NCBI GenBank assembly: GCA_038087875.1
Contig: CM075996.1
Coordinates: 3,722,001-3,786,000, forward strand
Origin: Malacoraja senta
Lineage: Eukaryota
Reading direction: 5' to 3'
DNA: 64,000 nt
In this document: piece after piece, positions 41,895 to 54,126 of the stretch
How the letters are laid out: each line of letters starts with the position of its first letter
Position numbering within the stretch: position 1 is the stretch's first letter
Made by a program: the position numbers and the translations under genes
The notes under the pieces: generated by a model
What the model saw: only the letters and a program-made list of their open reading frames with translations
The model's database searches: none
What the model was told of the DNA's origin: nothing

Positions 41895-42846
41895 GGTAAT
41901 TCATTCTTCAGGGAACGGGGGTTCCCCTCCTCCACCATAGATGAGGCTCGCACCAGGGTCTCTGCCATACCCCGCAACACTGCTCTCTCTCCCCATCCCC
42001 CCACTCACAACAAGGGCCGAGTCCCCCTAGTCCTCACCTTTCACCCCACCAGCCGTCACATACAACAAGTGATCCTCCGTCAGTTTCGCCTCCTCCAACG
42101 TGACCCCACCACTCGCCACATCTTCCCATCTCCCCCCCATGTCTGCCTTCCGCAAAGACCGCTCCCTCCGTAACTCCCTTGTCAATTCTTCCCTTCCCTC
42201 CCATACCACCCCCTCCCCTGGTACTTTCCCTTGCAACCGCAAGAGATGCAACACTTGTCCCTTCACCTCCCCCCTCGACTCCATTCAAGGACCCAAGCAG
42301 TCGTTCCAGGTGCGACAGAGGTTCACCTGCATCTCCTCTAACCTCATCTATTATATCCGCTGCTCTAGATGCCAGCTGATCTACATCGGTGAGACCAAGC
42401 GGAGGCTTGGCGATCGTTTCGCCGAACACCTCCGGTCGGTCCGCAATAACCAACCTGACCTCCCGGTGGCTCAGCACTTCAACTCCCCCTCCCATTCCAT
42501 ATCTGACCTCTCTGTCCTGGGTCTCCTCCATGGCCACAGCGAGCAACACCGGAAATTGGAGGAAATGCACCTCATATTCCGCTTGGGCAGTCTACATCCT
42601 GGGGGCTTGAACATTGAATTCTCCCAATTCTGCTAGCCCTTGCTGTCCCCTCCCCTTCACCAACCCTCTGGTTGTCTCCTCCCCTCCCCCAGCCCTCGGG
42701 CTCCTCCTCCGCCTTTTTCCTTTTTTCCTTTTTTCTCCCCACCCCCTATCAGTCTGAAGAAGGGTTTCGGCCCGAAACGTTGCCTATTTCCTTCGCTCCA
42801 TAGATGCTGCTGCACCCGCTGAGTTTCTCCAGCATTTTTGTGTACC
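41895..42846 (+). mobile_element. 5'-truncated Penelope-like element (GIY-YIG endonuclease + pLTR)
   Basis: ORF 42100-42636: CNRKRCNTC linker, NLIYYIRC..C..IYIGETKRRL..RF.EH, LGSLHPGGLN; followed by pyrimidine tract and pLTR with CTGAAGA..GAAAC core. Confidence 0.9.
42751..42785 (+). ncRNA. Minimal type I hammerhead-ribozyme-like motif in Penelope pLTR (representative of ~40 copies/fragments)
   Basis: CUGAAGA-A, stem II GGGU-UUCG-GCCC, GAAA, palindromic ACGU stem III, then U; stem I only about 2 bp by eye. Confidence 0.6.
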
Positions 42847-43436
42847 CTAGGTAATTCTATGTTTGTTGTTTGCTCAGTCAAGGGGATGTACAAACCTAAT
42901 GATTTTTTTCCCGCGTTTGACTAGATCACAGAATACAAATTGTCCAGTGCATGTATCATAACTCATTTGCTGGTGGGTTTGGCTGCTGTTTGTAACTCCG
43001 TCATGACTGAAATCTTCCCTTCACTTTACCTTCTATTGCACTGCCAACCAAATGTTCCCTTCACACAAGTCAAAACAACTCATTAATTATCAATTGTTAC
43101 CTTTAAGCCTCAGTGTGAGTTGCCAATGTTGGTGGATTCCCATGGCTGGAGTCACACTAAATGGTTATGCATGCAATCAAGACTTACTGGTCCATCCAAA
43201 TACTGCAAAAGTGAGTCTTATTCTGCTTGGGTAACTTACAACCCAATGGTATGAACATTGAATTCTCCTGTTTTAGATCACTAACCTACCTCATTGGTGA
43301 CCCTCGGACTATCTTTGATCTGACTTTTCTGGCTTTATCTTGCACCAAACGTTATTCCCTCATCATGTATCTGTACACTGTGAATGGCTCGATTGTAATC
43401 ATGTATTGTCTTTCCGCTGACTGGTTAGCACGCAAC

Positions 43437-43579
43437 CTCTTCTTCTTCTTGCGTATGGCGTGCACAGCCTAAAGTTGTACGACAACTTGTTCTATTTGAT
43501 CTTATTTGATTGTGCACGCCAGGTTGATTGCATTCGTCGAAACAGGGCGGACCAGGTGAAGGTTGCAATCTCCCACCCC
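43437..43579 (-). mobile_element. Ribozyme-headed short retroposon, copy A
   Basis: TSD cacgcaac (43429-43436 / 43582-43589), splitting another repeat (…ttagcacgcaac|aaaagcttttcactg…); (GAA)n tail; same 5' end as copy B. Confidence 0.85.
43526..43579 (-). ncRNA. HDV-like ribozyme, copy A (L3 variant UUCACCU)
   Basis: P1 GGGGUGG/CCGCCCU, P2 GAUUGCA/UGCAAUC, P3 ACC/GGU, J1/4 GU, J4/2 CGAA; the L3 G is replaced by C. Confidence 0.75.
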
Positions 43580-43834
43580 AACACGCAACAAAAGCTTTTC
43601 ACTGTAAACACTGTAAACAATAATAGAAAAGCTTTTCACGTGACAATAATAGAAAGATAGAAACGTAGAAAAATAGGTGCAGGCCCATATCCTTCCGATA
43701 TCCGATATCCATTCAGCCCTTTGAGCCAGCACCGCCATTCAATCTATGGTCATGGCTAATTATCTAAAATCATCACCTGTTCCTGTTTTTCCCCCATATC
43801 CCTTGATTCCGTTAGCCCTAAGAGCTAAATCTAA

Positions 43835-44244
43835 AGGGACGGTCCCACGAGCCTGCGACTGCATGCGGCGAGCGCGACCAAACCGGAAGCGGGGGCCGCG
43901 CGGAGATCGAGTGAGTGACGTGAAGTTCGAGCGAAGTCCGCGGGAAGTTCGCGCGTGACATACGGCGTCAAGACGCTGCGTACGGCGTCGAGACGCTGCG
44001 CACGCCTGTCGAGGCGGTGCGCACGGCGTCGAAGCGGCTGCGGGGCGACAGGCCGTTGCCACGCGGAAATATTGAAACAGTGTCAGTTTTTCGGAGCCCC
44101 GCACGATGTCGGGACCAGCTCCGCACAACTCCATATACGGCTCTGGCGATCGAAGTGGGACCGGCCCCGCGAGGCCGTGCGGCTCAAGCGACCACGTCAG
44201 GTCGCGCTTGCCGCATACAGTCGCATGCTCGTGGGACAGGCCCT
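43835..44244. mobile_element. PIF/Harbinger-type MITE, family C, CpG-rich (also 60279-60766 in opposite orientation)
   Basis: TIR AGGGCCTGTCCCACGAGCATGCGAC (left copy partly mutated); TAA TSD 43832-43834/44245-44247 inside a CR1 fragment. Confidence 0.88.
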
Positions 44245-45555
44245 TAACTCTCTCGTGAAAATATCCCGTGAATTGGCCTCCACTGCCTTCTGTGGCAGAG
44301 AATTCCACAGATTCACAACTCTCTGGGTGAAGAAGCTTTTCCTCGTCTCAGTCTCAATCAAAACTAAACTAAAACTAATCTACAAACATTGAGGTGTTTA
44401 TTTTGCTGGAGTTTCCAGCATCTGCATATCTTGTGTCTACATAATCATTTCATATGGGTTGTAGATCTCTGGGGAAATGGCATCAAAACTTCATCACTTG
44501 CTGAAAATGCTGAAACAATGTGAGCAGCAGTACATTCATCTTTAAAGTTAAGTTTAGTTTTGCGATTTACCAGCAATCCCTGCACACTAACACTATCCTA
44601 CACACACTAGAGACGATTTACACTTATGCAGGGCCAATTAATAGACAATAGACAATAGACAATAGGTGCAGGAGTAGGCCATTCGGCCCTTCGAGCCAGC
44701 ACCGCCATTCAATGTGATCATGGCTGATCATCCCCAATCAGTACCGCAACTAATTAACCTACTAACCTGTGCGGCTTTGGAGTGTGGGAGGAAACCGGAG
44801 CCCCTGGAGAAAACCCACGCTGTTACATGGAGAACGTGCAAGAACGTGCAGCTGTAGTCAGGATCGAACCCGGGTCTCTGGCGCTCCGAAGCAGCACCGC
44901 TGTGCCACCGAGCTGCCTCGGGTCATCATCATTGTGGCAACGACCCAGAGGATGGGTCTTGATCCAAAAACGTTACCTGTCCATCTCGCTCCAAAGATGC
45001 TGCCTGACCCAACGAGTCCTCCGGCACTTTGATTCTTGCTGCAGATTCCAGCATCTACAGTCTCTTGTACCTGTCAACAGTCTCAGGATGTTAACTTATG
45101 TTTGAAACTCGTGGCGAAGATCCACCCCCATGGCTTCGCTAATTTTTATTTCTGAGATAATGTGTTCATTGTAATGTTGCCTAGTATGAGTACTGTCACC
45201 TGTAATAATGTTTTTGCTAGAATGTAAAATATAGCCTCAGCATGCTGAGTAGGCCTCTACAGTGTGCCATGATAATACATTTGCCCGATTATGATCTAAT
45301 CTTATAGCAGTGGGTTGCCATCATGAACATAGTGGTCTCAGTCGATTACCACAAGACTAATAGTGAGTTGTCATGCACAGGAACTTCCCGTTGTATTATC
45401 ACGAAAAGGAATTGTCTCGCCATTTATATCGTAGTTTAACAATCCCAAGGCTGTCCCAGACATTTACAGCCAACAAGATTCCTCTGAAGTGCAAACCCAC
45501 ACAGGTCACGGTGAGAACGTGCAGACAAGCGCCCGTAGTCAGGATCGAACCCGGG

Positions 45556-46018
45556 TCATATGAAGAAAGACTGGATAGACTTGGCTTATACTCGCTAGAA
45601 TTTAGGAGATTGAGAGGGGATCTTATAGAAACGTACAAAATTCTTATGGGGTTGGACAGGCTAGATGCAGGAAGATTGTTCCCGATGTTGGGGAAGTCCA
45701 GGACAAGGGGTCACAGCTTAAGGATAAGGGGGAAATCCTTTAAGACCGAGATGAGAAAAAACGTTTTCACACAGAGAGTGGTGAATCTCTGGAACTCTCT
45801 GCCACAGAGGGTAGTTGAGGCCAGTTCATTGGCTATATTTAAGAGGGAGTTTGATGTGGCCCTTGTGGCTAAAGGGATCAGGGGGTATGGAGAGAAGGCA
45901 GGTACGGGATACTGAGTTGGATGATCAGCCATGATCATATTGAATGGCGGTGCAGGCTCGAAGGGCCGAATGGCCTACTCCTGCACCTATTTTCTATGTA
46001 TCTATCTATGTACCTATG
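45556..46018 (+). mobile_element. CR1 LINE 3' fragment, nearly identical to 1177-1636, inserted in an HE1 SINE
   Basis: Same peptide and tail; flanked by two halves of a minus-strand SINE (45494-45557, 46020-46058). Confidence 0.9.
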
Positions 46019-46559
46019 TCCCTGGCGCTGTGAGGAAGTAGCACTACCACTGCGCCCCTTGGTACAATATCAAATCCCAGTACTTCAATCACGTGTTAGC
46101 ATGGTGCAGCTGACAGAATTGGTGCACGTATTTTATATTATTGCCTGCACTGATACATGCTGTGGCCTCATTGTGTTATCATGAGGTGGTCCTCTGTTGT
46201 CATTGTACACCCTGCACCATTATGAGCTTTACATGCTGTATTAACGTGTATAACAGTTTACCACCACCACGGCATCTTTAGCTGCACTGGGAGTGTGTTG
46301 ATACACACTGTGATCTCACTATATATATACTCTCTGATAATGTGTTACTTCGATGTGCCACTGCCTCAGTATCGTTGCTTACTGCAGTATTGTGTTTCCA
46401 TGTTGGGAGTCCACGGTATTTATCACTTCTTCCTCTTGCGTTTGAGGCAGCAGAAGTCCGCAGCAGGGTGATGCCCATCTGGTTTGACATCCGTAGGTGC
46501 CCGCCCTAGAAAGGGCGCATGCTCCGGGCTTGCGCCAAGCTGCGGTTCCGTATACATTT

Positions 46560-46965
46560 CAAGACCCTCTTCTATGTCTACAAAGCCCTCAATGGGCTTG
46601 CACCCACCTACATTAAAAGTCTTCTCACCCACCACACCACCTCCAGGTCCCTCGGGGTTGCTGAATATCCCGCGGTCTAGGCAGAAGCTCAGGGGCGACC
46701 GCGCCTTTGCGGTTGCAGCCCCTAGACTGTGGAACAGCATCCCCCGTCCCATCAGAACTGCCCCCTCCATCGACTCCTTTAAGCCAAGACTAAAAACTTA
46801 TCTATACTCCCAAGCCTTTCTTGACGTCCTCTGAGCGAGGGCTACATGTACATATGTATGTAGTTCGTTTGTTTATACTATTCTTATAACAAATGTAAAG
46901 CACTTTGGTTAACGAGAGTTGTTTTTTACATGTGCTATATAAATAAATGTGACTTGACTTGACTT
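46560..46965 (+). mobile_element. L2-clade LINE 3' fragment (different subfamily)
   Basis: RGDRAFAVAAPRLWNSIP...FKPRLKTYLYSQAF; tail aataaa + (GACTT)n. Confidence 0.85.
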
Positions 46966-48674
46966 GTTTGTTACCATTCGCTTGAGTGAGGTCAGGTGAC
47001 GGGGTTCACCACGGGAAGGTTCGACAACATGGCCCCCGTATTTATGACTGTACTTCACCATCTCCATCCTCAACACTGAAGAGTCACCATCCACTTCCAG
47101 TCTCACCACGTTTACCCTCACTAATACCCTATGTGATATCTTCCTACCTTGTATGTCACGGTGGCGCAGCGGTAGAGTTGCTGCCTTACAGCAGAATGTC
47201 AGCGCCGGAGACCCGGGTTCGATCCCGACCTCGGGCGCTTGTCTGTACGGAGTTTGTACGTTCTCCCCGTGACCCGCGTGGGTTTTCTCCGAGATCTTCG
47301 GTTTCCTTCCACATTCCAAAGACGCACAGTTTTGTAGATTAATTAATTGGCTTGGTGCGAATGTAAAAATCGTCCAGAATAAAATTGACCAACTTCCAGT
47401 ACAGTCCCTGGTGGACTCTTCGGAAGGTACAAGGTATGAGGCACGGTGGCGCAGCGGTAGAGTTGCTGCCTCACAGCGCCAGAAACCCGGTTCGATCCTG
47501 ACTACGGGTGCTGTCGGTATGGAGTTTGTACGTTTCCCCGTGGCCTGCGTGGGTTTTCTCCAGGTGCTCCGGTTTCCTCCTACACGTGCAGGTTTGTAGG
47601 TTAGAATAATTGTAAATTGTCCAGTGTGTGTGTGTGTGTAGGATTGCAATAATGTGCGGGGGTCTCCGGTCGGCGTGGACCCGGTGGGCCGCAGGCCCTG
47701 TTTCCGCGCTCTATCTCTAAGCTAAGCTAAATATCGTCCAGAGTTGCAATTGGCGCCCTCTCTGTAATTAATGAGTGCAGAACAGTGCAGCACAAGAACA
47801 GGCCCTTCGGCCCACAATGTCAGTGCCGAACATGATACCATGAAGACCAACCCTTATCTGCTTGCACATAATCCATATCCCTCCACTCCCTGTATATCCC
47901 TACACCTATTCAAAAGTCTCATAAATGCCACTATCGTAGCTTATGGGAAGGTGTTGCTTTGAGGCAACTTGGAATTTCCATGATTCTGTGCTAAAATGTT
48001 ACTGCGATATTCTGTGTGGTCTGAGTATCTTTACCTGCTCCATGAATCGGTTGTGTCGGAAGGAACTGCAGATGCTGCTTTACACCGAAGACACAAAATG
48101 CTGGAGTAACTCAGCGGGACAGCCAACATCCCTGGAGAGAAGGAATGGGTGACGTTTCGGGTCGAGACTGAAGAAGGCTCCGAAGAGGGGTCACAACCTG
48201 AAACGTTCACCCATTCCTTCTCTCCAGAGATGCTGCCTGTCCCAGCTGAATTAATCCAGCATTTTGTGTCTATCTTCCATGAATCAGTTGCCTTGTAAGG
48301 TCAGTACTTCGAGTGAGCTCTGTGGCGCAAGTTCAACACATCACAGAGAACAGAGGCTGCAGGGTACAGTATTGAGGGTGCTCATTTATTGCAGTAACAG
48401 GGGGTAGTAAGCGTAGACTCTGAAGAAAGGTTCTGAACCGAAACGTCACCTATTCCTTTTCTCCAGATACTGCCTGACCCGCTGAGTTACACCAGCATTT
48501 TGTGTCTATCAAAGCTGGAGAAAGTGGTGGGTATTGCCTTTCCATCACAGATGCTGACCTCCTGAAGGGATTAACAGCAAGGGCGGCCTCAAGAAGGCAG
48601 CCAATATCACCAAAGACCTTGGGTATGCAAGCAAATAATTTGACTGTGACTTGTCACATGTGACAATAAAGCAT

Positions 48675-48752
48675 TCATTCATTCATTTATTCATTCATTC
48701 ATTCATTTATTCATTCTTTCATACATTCATTTATTCATTCATTCATTCATTC
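48675..48752. repeat. (ATTC)n microsatellite tail
   Basis: Follows gtgacaataaag; direct observation. Confidence 0.9.
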
Positions 48753-50168
48753 AGCTATCCTCTACTGGGGCTGATAGTTTGATCTTGTTCTATCTACATT
48801 AGATCAGCCTTACAGCTGATTTTTCTATTCCCTTTACCCTGACGTACTTGGCATTTCCCTTCAAAATACCTGAAAGTCATTGACAATTAAACCACTCTCA
48901 ATGTAAATTATCCATATTTTCTTATTGATAACGTTGCTTCCTCTACCCATGGCTCATCATCACAACACAAAGTGCTGGTGTAACTCAGTGGGTCAGGCAG
49001 CATCTATGGAGGGAGAGGATAGGCGACGCTTTGGGTCGAGACCCTTCTTCAGACGCCATACCTTTGGTGTTTTGCTCAATATTTTAGTGTCTGCGTTTCT
49101 GTTTCACCCTGTGTCGCCATAGTGTACCCTCGCACCTCTTCACTTTAAGTTTTAGTTCTGGAGATGCAGCGCGGAAACACGCCCTTCGGTCATAGCCTCA
49201 GAATTAAAGAATGTTCTTTCAAGAATGAAATGAGGAGGAATTTCTTTCGGCAGAGGGTGGTGAATCTACGGGATTCTTTGCCACAGAAGGCTGTGGAGGC
49301 CAAGTAAATAGATATTTTTAAGGCAGAGATAGATAGATTATTTTTTTTTAAATTTTTGTAATTAAAAGCATGTGTACCAATGATAATAAACGACAGACTG
49401 GTTACAGAGTTCTTACATAGCTTCAATTTTTAAAGTTTTTTTTTAAAAGAAAAGAAATATAGAAAGAAAGAAATAAAAGAAACTATAAGCTAATAGAAAG
49501 GAGAAAGGAAAAAAAAAGCAAGAAGGAAAGGAGATTACAAATATAAAGATTGTGGAGATAGATCCGGGAGATGTTGAGTATAGTTGTTCATCCAACCCTA
49601 AACTCAACTTGTGACTTTAATTTTGTGTTAAACCAGTTTACTTTTTTAAAAATTCAATAAATGGAGACCATATTTTCGAGAGATAGATAGATTCTTGATT
49701 AGAACAGGTTATGGGGAGAAGGCAGGATAGTGGGGTTAAGAGGGAAGGATAGATCAGCCATGATTGAATGGCAGAGTAGACTTGATGGGCCAAATGGCCT
49801 ACTTCTTCTCCTATCACTTATGTACTTATGAACTCATTCTTCAGGCTGTCTTACTTTCCAACTTCTAATTGTTGCTAATGTTTCAGCAGCAGTGAGTTAA
49901 GGTCAACGATTCTTCAACTACTTTCTGACAATCAGACCTAGTTTTTAAGTAGGCCAGCCACACATCATCGCCGTTAAAGTGTGGCACTGGGGCTAGCTAT
50001 AAAAAAGGCGGCTAAAATTAACCAAGAATATTTTAATGTCATTTCACACAGCAGTAGAAAATAATTGGCAGAGTTAGGTCCATGCATTTCTTCACAGACC
50101 GTTCTTGAAAGAAGTTTAGTTGAGTTCAGTATAGTTTAGAGACACAGTGAGGATACAACTGTCGCGTT

Positions 50169-50735
50169 ACCTCCCCCCTCGACTCCATTCAAGGACCCAA
50201 GCAGTCATTCCAGGTGCGACAGAGGTTCACCTGCACCTCCTCCAACCTCATCCATTGCATCCGCTGCTCTAGATGTCAGCTGATCTACATCGGTGAGACC
50301 AAGCGTAGGCTTGGCGATCGTTTCGCCGAACACCTCCGCTCGGTCTGCATTAACCAACCTGATCTCCCGGTGGCTCAGCACTTCAACTCCCCCTCCCATT
50401 CCGAATCCGATCTTTCTGTCCTGGGCCTCCTCCATTGCCAGAGTGAGGACCACCGGAAATTGGAGGAGCAGCACCTCATATTCCGCTTGGGCAGTCTGCA
50501 CCCCAGCGGCATAAACATTGACTTCTCCAATTTCCGGTAGCCCTTGCTGTCTCCTCCCCTTCCCAGCTCTCCCTCAGCCCTCGGGCTCCTCCTCTTCCTT
50601 TCTTCTTTCCCGCCCCCCCCCCCCCCCACCCTGCATCAGTCTGAAGAAGGGTTTCGGCCCGAAAAACGTTGCCTATTTCCTTCGCTTCATAGATGCTGCC
50701 GCACCCGCTGAGTTTCTCCAGCATTCTTGTCTACC
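50169..50735 (+). mobile_element. Penelope-like element 3' fragment (GIY-YIG + pLTR)
   Basis: ORF 50214-50540 FTCTSSNLIHCIRCSRCQLIYIGETKRRL; pLTR core at 50641. Confidence 0.88.
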
Positions 50736-53300
50736 TAGGATACAATTCAGCCCATTGAGTCCACACCGACCAGCGATCCCTGCACACTAACACTATCCTA
50801 CACACACTCAAGATAATTTACAATTACACCAAACTAATTAACCTACAAACCTGTACGTCTTTGGAGTGTGGGAGGAAACGGAAGATCTCGGTGAAAGCCC
50901 ACGCAGGTCACGGGAGAACGTACAAACCCCGTACAGGCAGCGCCCGTAGTCGGGATCGAACCCGGGTCTCTGGCGCCGTGAGGCAGCAACTCTGCCGCTG
51001 CGCCATCGTGCTGTCCCTGACAAAAAAATTCCAAACGAAAGAAGGTGTTCTGTGGGAAGCATCAGGCATCGACTACAGGACTCAGTGTACTGCAAAGTGA
51101 GAGTTAAGGGCCTGTCCCACTTGGGCGTCATTTACGCATCATGCGCGTGTATGGTGAGACGTGGTCGGCGTAGGCAGTGATGCGCGGTCGCGCGCGGCAC
51201 CCCAGGAATTATGGGATTCACAAAATCTTCGTGCGCCACCTGCGTGACGCGCAAATGACGCCCAAGTGGGTCAGGCCCTTTAAGGCAAAGGAAGAGATGG
51301 TGGTGAGATACCCATTTCAATGGACAAGGGAAAGGGCAACAGAGAAACCCATTGTCATCAGTCCTGGGATGGCAGGCACTGTTAATACGAGGACTGGACT
51401 TTGCACTTTGGACTGTTTGTGTTTTCTGTTGGTTTTTTCAGTTTTAGTTTTTAGTTTTAGCGATACAGGCCCTTCGACACACCGAGTCCGCGCCGACCAG
51501 CGATCCCCCGCACATTAACACTCTCCTGCGCACGCTACAGACAATTTACACTTATACAAAGCCAATGTATTTACACCTACAAACGTCTTTTTGGAGTGCG
51601 GGAGGAAACCGAAGATCTCTGAGAAACCCGCGCAGGTCACGGGGGGAACGTGCAAACTCCGTACAGACAGCGCCCGTAGTCGGGATCGAACTTTTCCTTT
51701 CTTTGTGTTTTGTTAAACGTCACCAAAATTGTGGCGACTGCATGTTGTGGGTTGTGCTAAAGAATTTCATACGTGGCAGTAAAGAACCGTCGAACCATTG
51801 ACCCATTGAAGTCTTGACCTTTAAAGTCTGCTTGTTGTTCCCTCCAATCTAGTCTGTTTTGTGTTAATGACGGAAGACTTAATCCCGCCCTGTAACATAC
51901 AATCCGAATGTGTAACAATGTTCCCCCCAGAGTGGAGACACAAGAAACTGCAGATGCTGGAATCCTGAGCAAAAAAAACCAAAGTACTGGAGGAACTCAG
52001 CGGGTCAGGCAGCTTCTGTGGGGGGGGGAATGGACAGACGTTTTGGGTCAGAATAAAGAAGGGTCCAGACCCGAAACATCGCCTGTTCATGTCGCCTCTA
52101 CAGATGCTGCCTGAACTGAGTTTAGTTTATTGTCGCGTGTACCGAGGTACAGTGAAAAGCCTTTGTCGTGTGCTAACCAGTCAGCGGAAAGACCATACAC
52201 GATGACGATGTTCCTTCATTACTTGGTCTTTTTCCCAACCTTCCCAAAAGTCTTGAATTTTAATGCCTTTTCATTAAGCCTTCTGCTGTGATTGGATGGA
52301 TAAAGCAAGGCGTGACGTCAGTTGGGTGGCTCTCTCGATCTCTTTCACTCTGTGTGGGGCATGTTTGCTTCGTGTGCCCAGGGATCTGGTGATTCTGGGT
52401 GGGGGCAACCTCTCCTGAGGATGGGGCATGCGCTGCTGAGTAACCGGGCTGGTTCCTCCAGCAACCGACAGATTCTGGATAGAGGGGAGGTAAAGGGCCT
52501 GTCCCACTGTACGAGGTAATTCAAGAGTTCTCCCGAGTTTTCCCCTGATTCGAACTCGGAGAATGTCCGTAGTGGGTCCGTAGACAATAGACAATAGACA
52601 ATAGGTGCAGGAGTAGGCCATTCGGCCCTTCGAGCCAGCCATGATCACACACTAATCATGGCTGATCATCCCCAATCAGTACCCCGTTCCTGCCTTCTCC
52701 CCATATCCCCTGACTCCGCTATTTTTAAGAGCCCTATCTAGCTCTCTCTTGAAAGCATCCAGAGAACCTGCCTCCACCGCCCTCTGAGGCAGAGAATTCC
52801 ACAGACTCACCACTCTCTGTGAGAAAAAGTGTTTCCTCGTCTCCGTTCTAAACGGCTTACTCCTTATTTTTAATTAGGAGTTCGTGGATGTCTCGTAGCG
52901 GTACTCGGGAAATCCAGTAAACGCGTGACGTTTTTTCAACACCGCAAAAAATGTCCACGAGTAAAAAAATACTTGTGATGAAAACTTTTTTTACTCGTAC
53001 GAGCCGCTACGAGACATCCACGAACTCCTACGGACCCGCTACGGACATCGTCCGAGTTGGAATCAGGGGAAAACTCAGGAGAACTCTTGAATTACCTCGT
53101 ACAGTGGGACAGGGACTTTAGTGTTGCAACTTCAGGCTTTGCGAGAGGCGTGGAGATCTGAGGCAGTCCAGGGATACACCCGTAGATCGCTGGGCTGCAA
53201 CCTTTGTGACAAACAGGAGTGGAAATGGATGTTGAGTCTGGTGCTGCGTACACAGTACGTGACCTCCTTGAGGCATTGCCAATGTATGAGGATGATATAT

Positions 53301-53852
53301 GGCTCTGTCTCACGGTGTTGCGGTCATCGGCAGTGAAGCGCGGCGTCGCCGGTAGAGGGGACCGCACGGCAACAGCGAGAGCGCCGAGCCTATGCCGCGG
53401 GAGCGCTGCGCGGGGGCCGAGTGATTTAAGTACGGCTGGTCCCACGAGCTTGCGGTAAATTTAAAAAAAGGGCGGGCCGACTGCGATGACGTCATTTCGT
53501 AGCTGCGGGGCTGTGGCGGCGGCAGTGCTGATCGCGGCGCTGTGGCGGCGGCCGTGCGGCACACGTGACTCACTAGCGGTGGCTGTGGAGGCGGCTGTGG
53601 TGGCGGTCATGCCTCACTGGCGGCGGCTGTGGCGGTGACCGTGCCGCACTCGTGCCTCACTGGCGGCGGCTGTGCGGTAGGAACATATTTTTGAACAGTG
53701 TTGGTTTTATTTTAGCACCGTGCGGTGTTGGGAACAACGCCGCACGGCCCCGGCGGCGGGCGTTTGACCGAGCCCGCGGTCTCTGGCGGCCCAGGAGCGG
53801 TAGATTGTTCCTGTTTTGCCGCCAATGACCGCAGACTCGTGAGACAGGCCTT
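53301..53852. mobile_element. GC-rich Harbinger-type MITE, family D, with a second internal left-TIR-like sequence
   Basis: ggctctgtctcacggtgttgcggtcatcggc at 53301 vs gccaatgaccgcagactcgtgagacaggcc at 53821-53850; internal ggctggtcccacgagcttgcggt at 53434. Confidence 0.6.
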
Positions 53853-54126
53853 TAAAGCAGGTGGAAGATAAAAGATCTGCAACATTGTAATATTTTGCAC
53901 CTCCTTCCCACAGATCGACAGAAGCCCGAGGAGTCGAGGGTTGCAGAGAACACTGAGGTGGTGCTTCACCATGGAGGAGAGCGTGGGAGGACCAGGGAGA
54001 AGCAGGATGGTGGGGCAGTGTGCTCTTGGAGGGGCAGGGAGAGGGCAAGCCGAGCCCAGTCCTCTGTGCTAGACCATGCTGTATATATCGAGAGTGCTGA
54101 CACTGGGGGAAAGGCTTCTGTGCAGT

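Noticed and set aside
47440..47510. tRNA genes at gtggcgcagcggtagag...ggttcgatcc
   Set aside because: These are tRNA-derived SINE heads continuing into the V-domain, with no proper acceptor stem or terminator.
46909..47649. 246-aa ORF on the - strand
   Set aside because: Read-through of two adjacent HE1 SINEs in antisense; no protein-family motifs.
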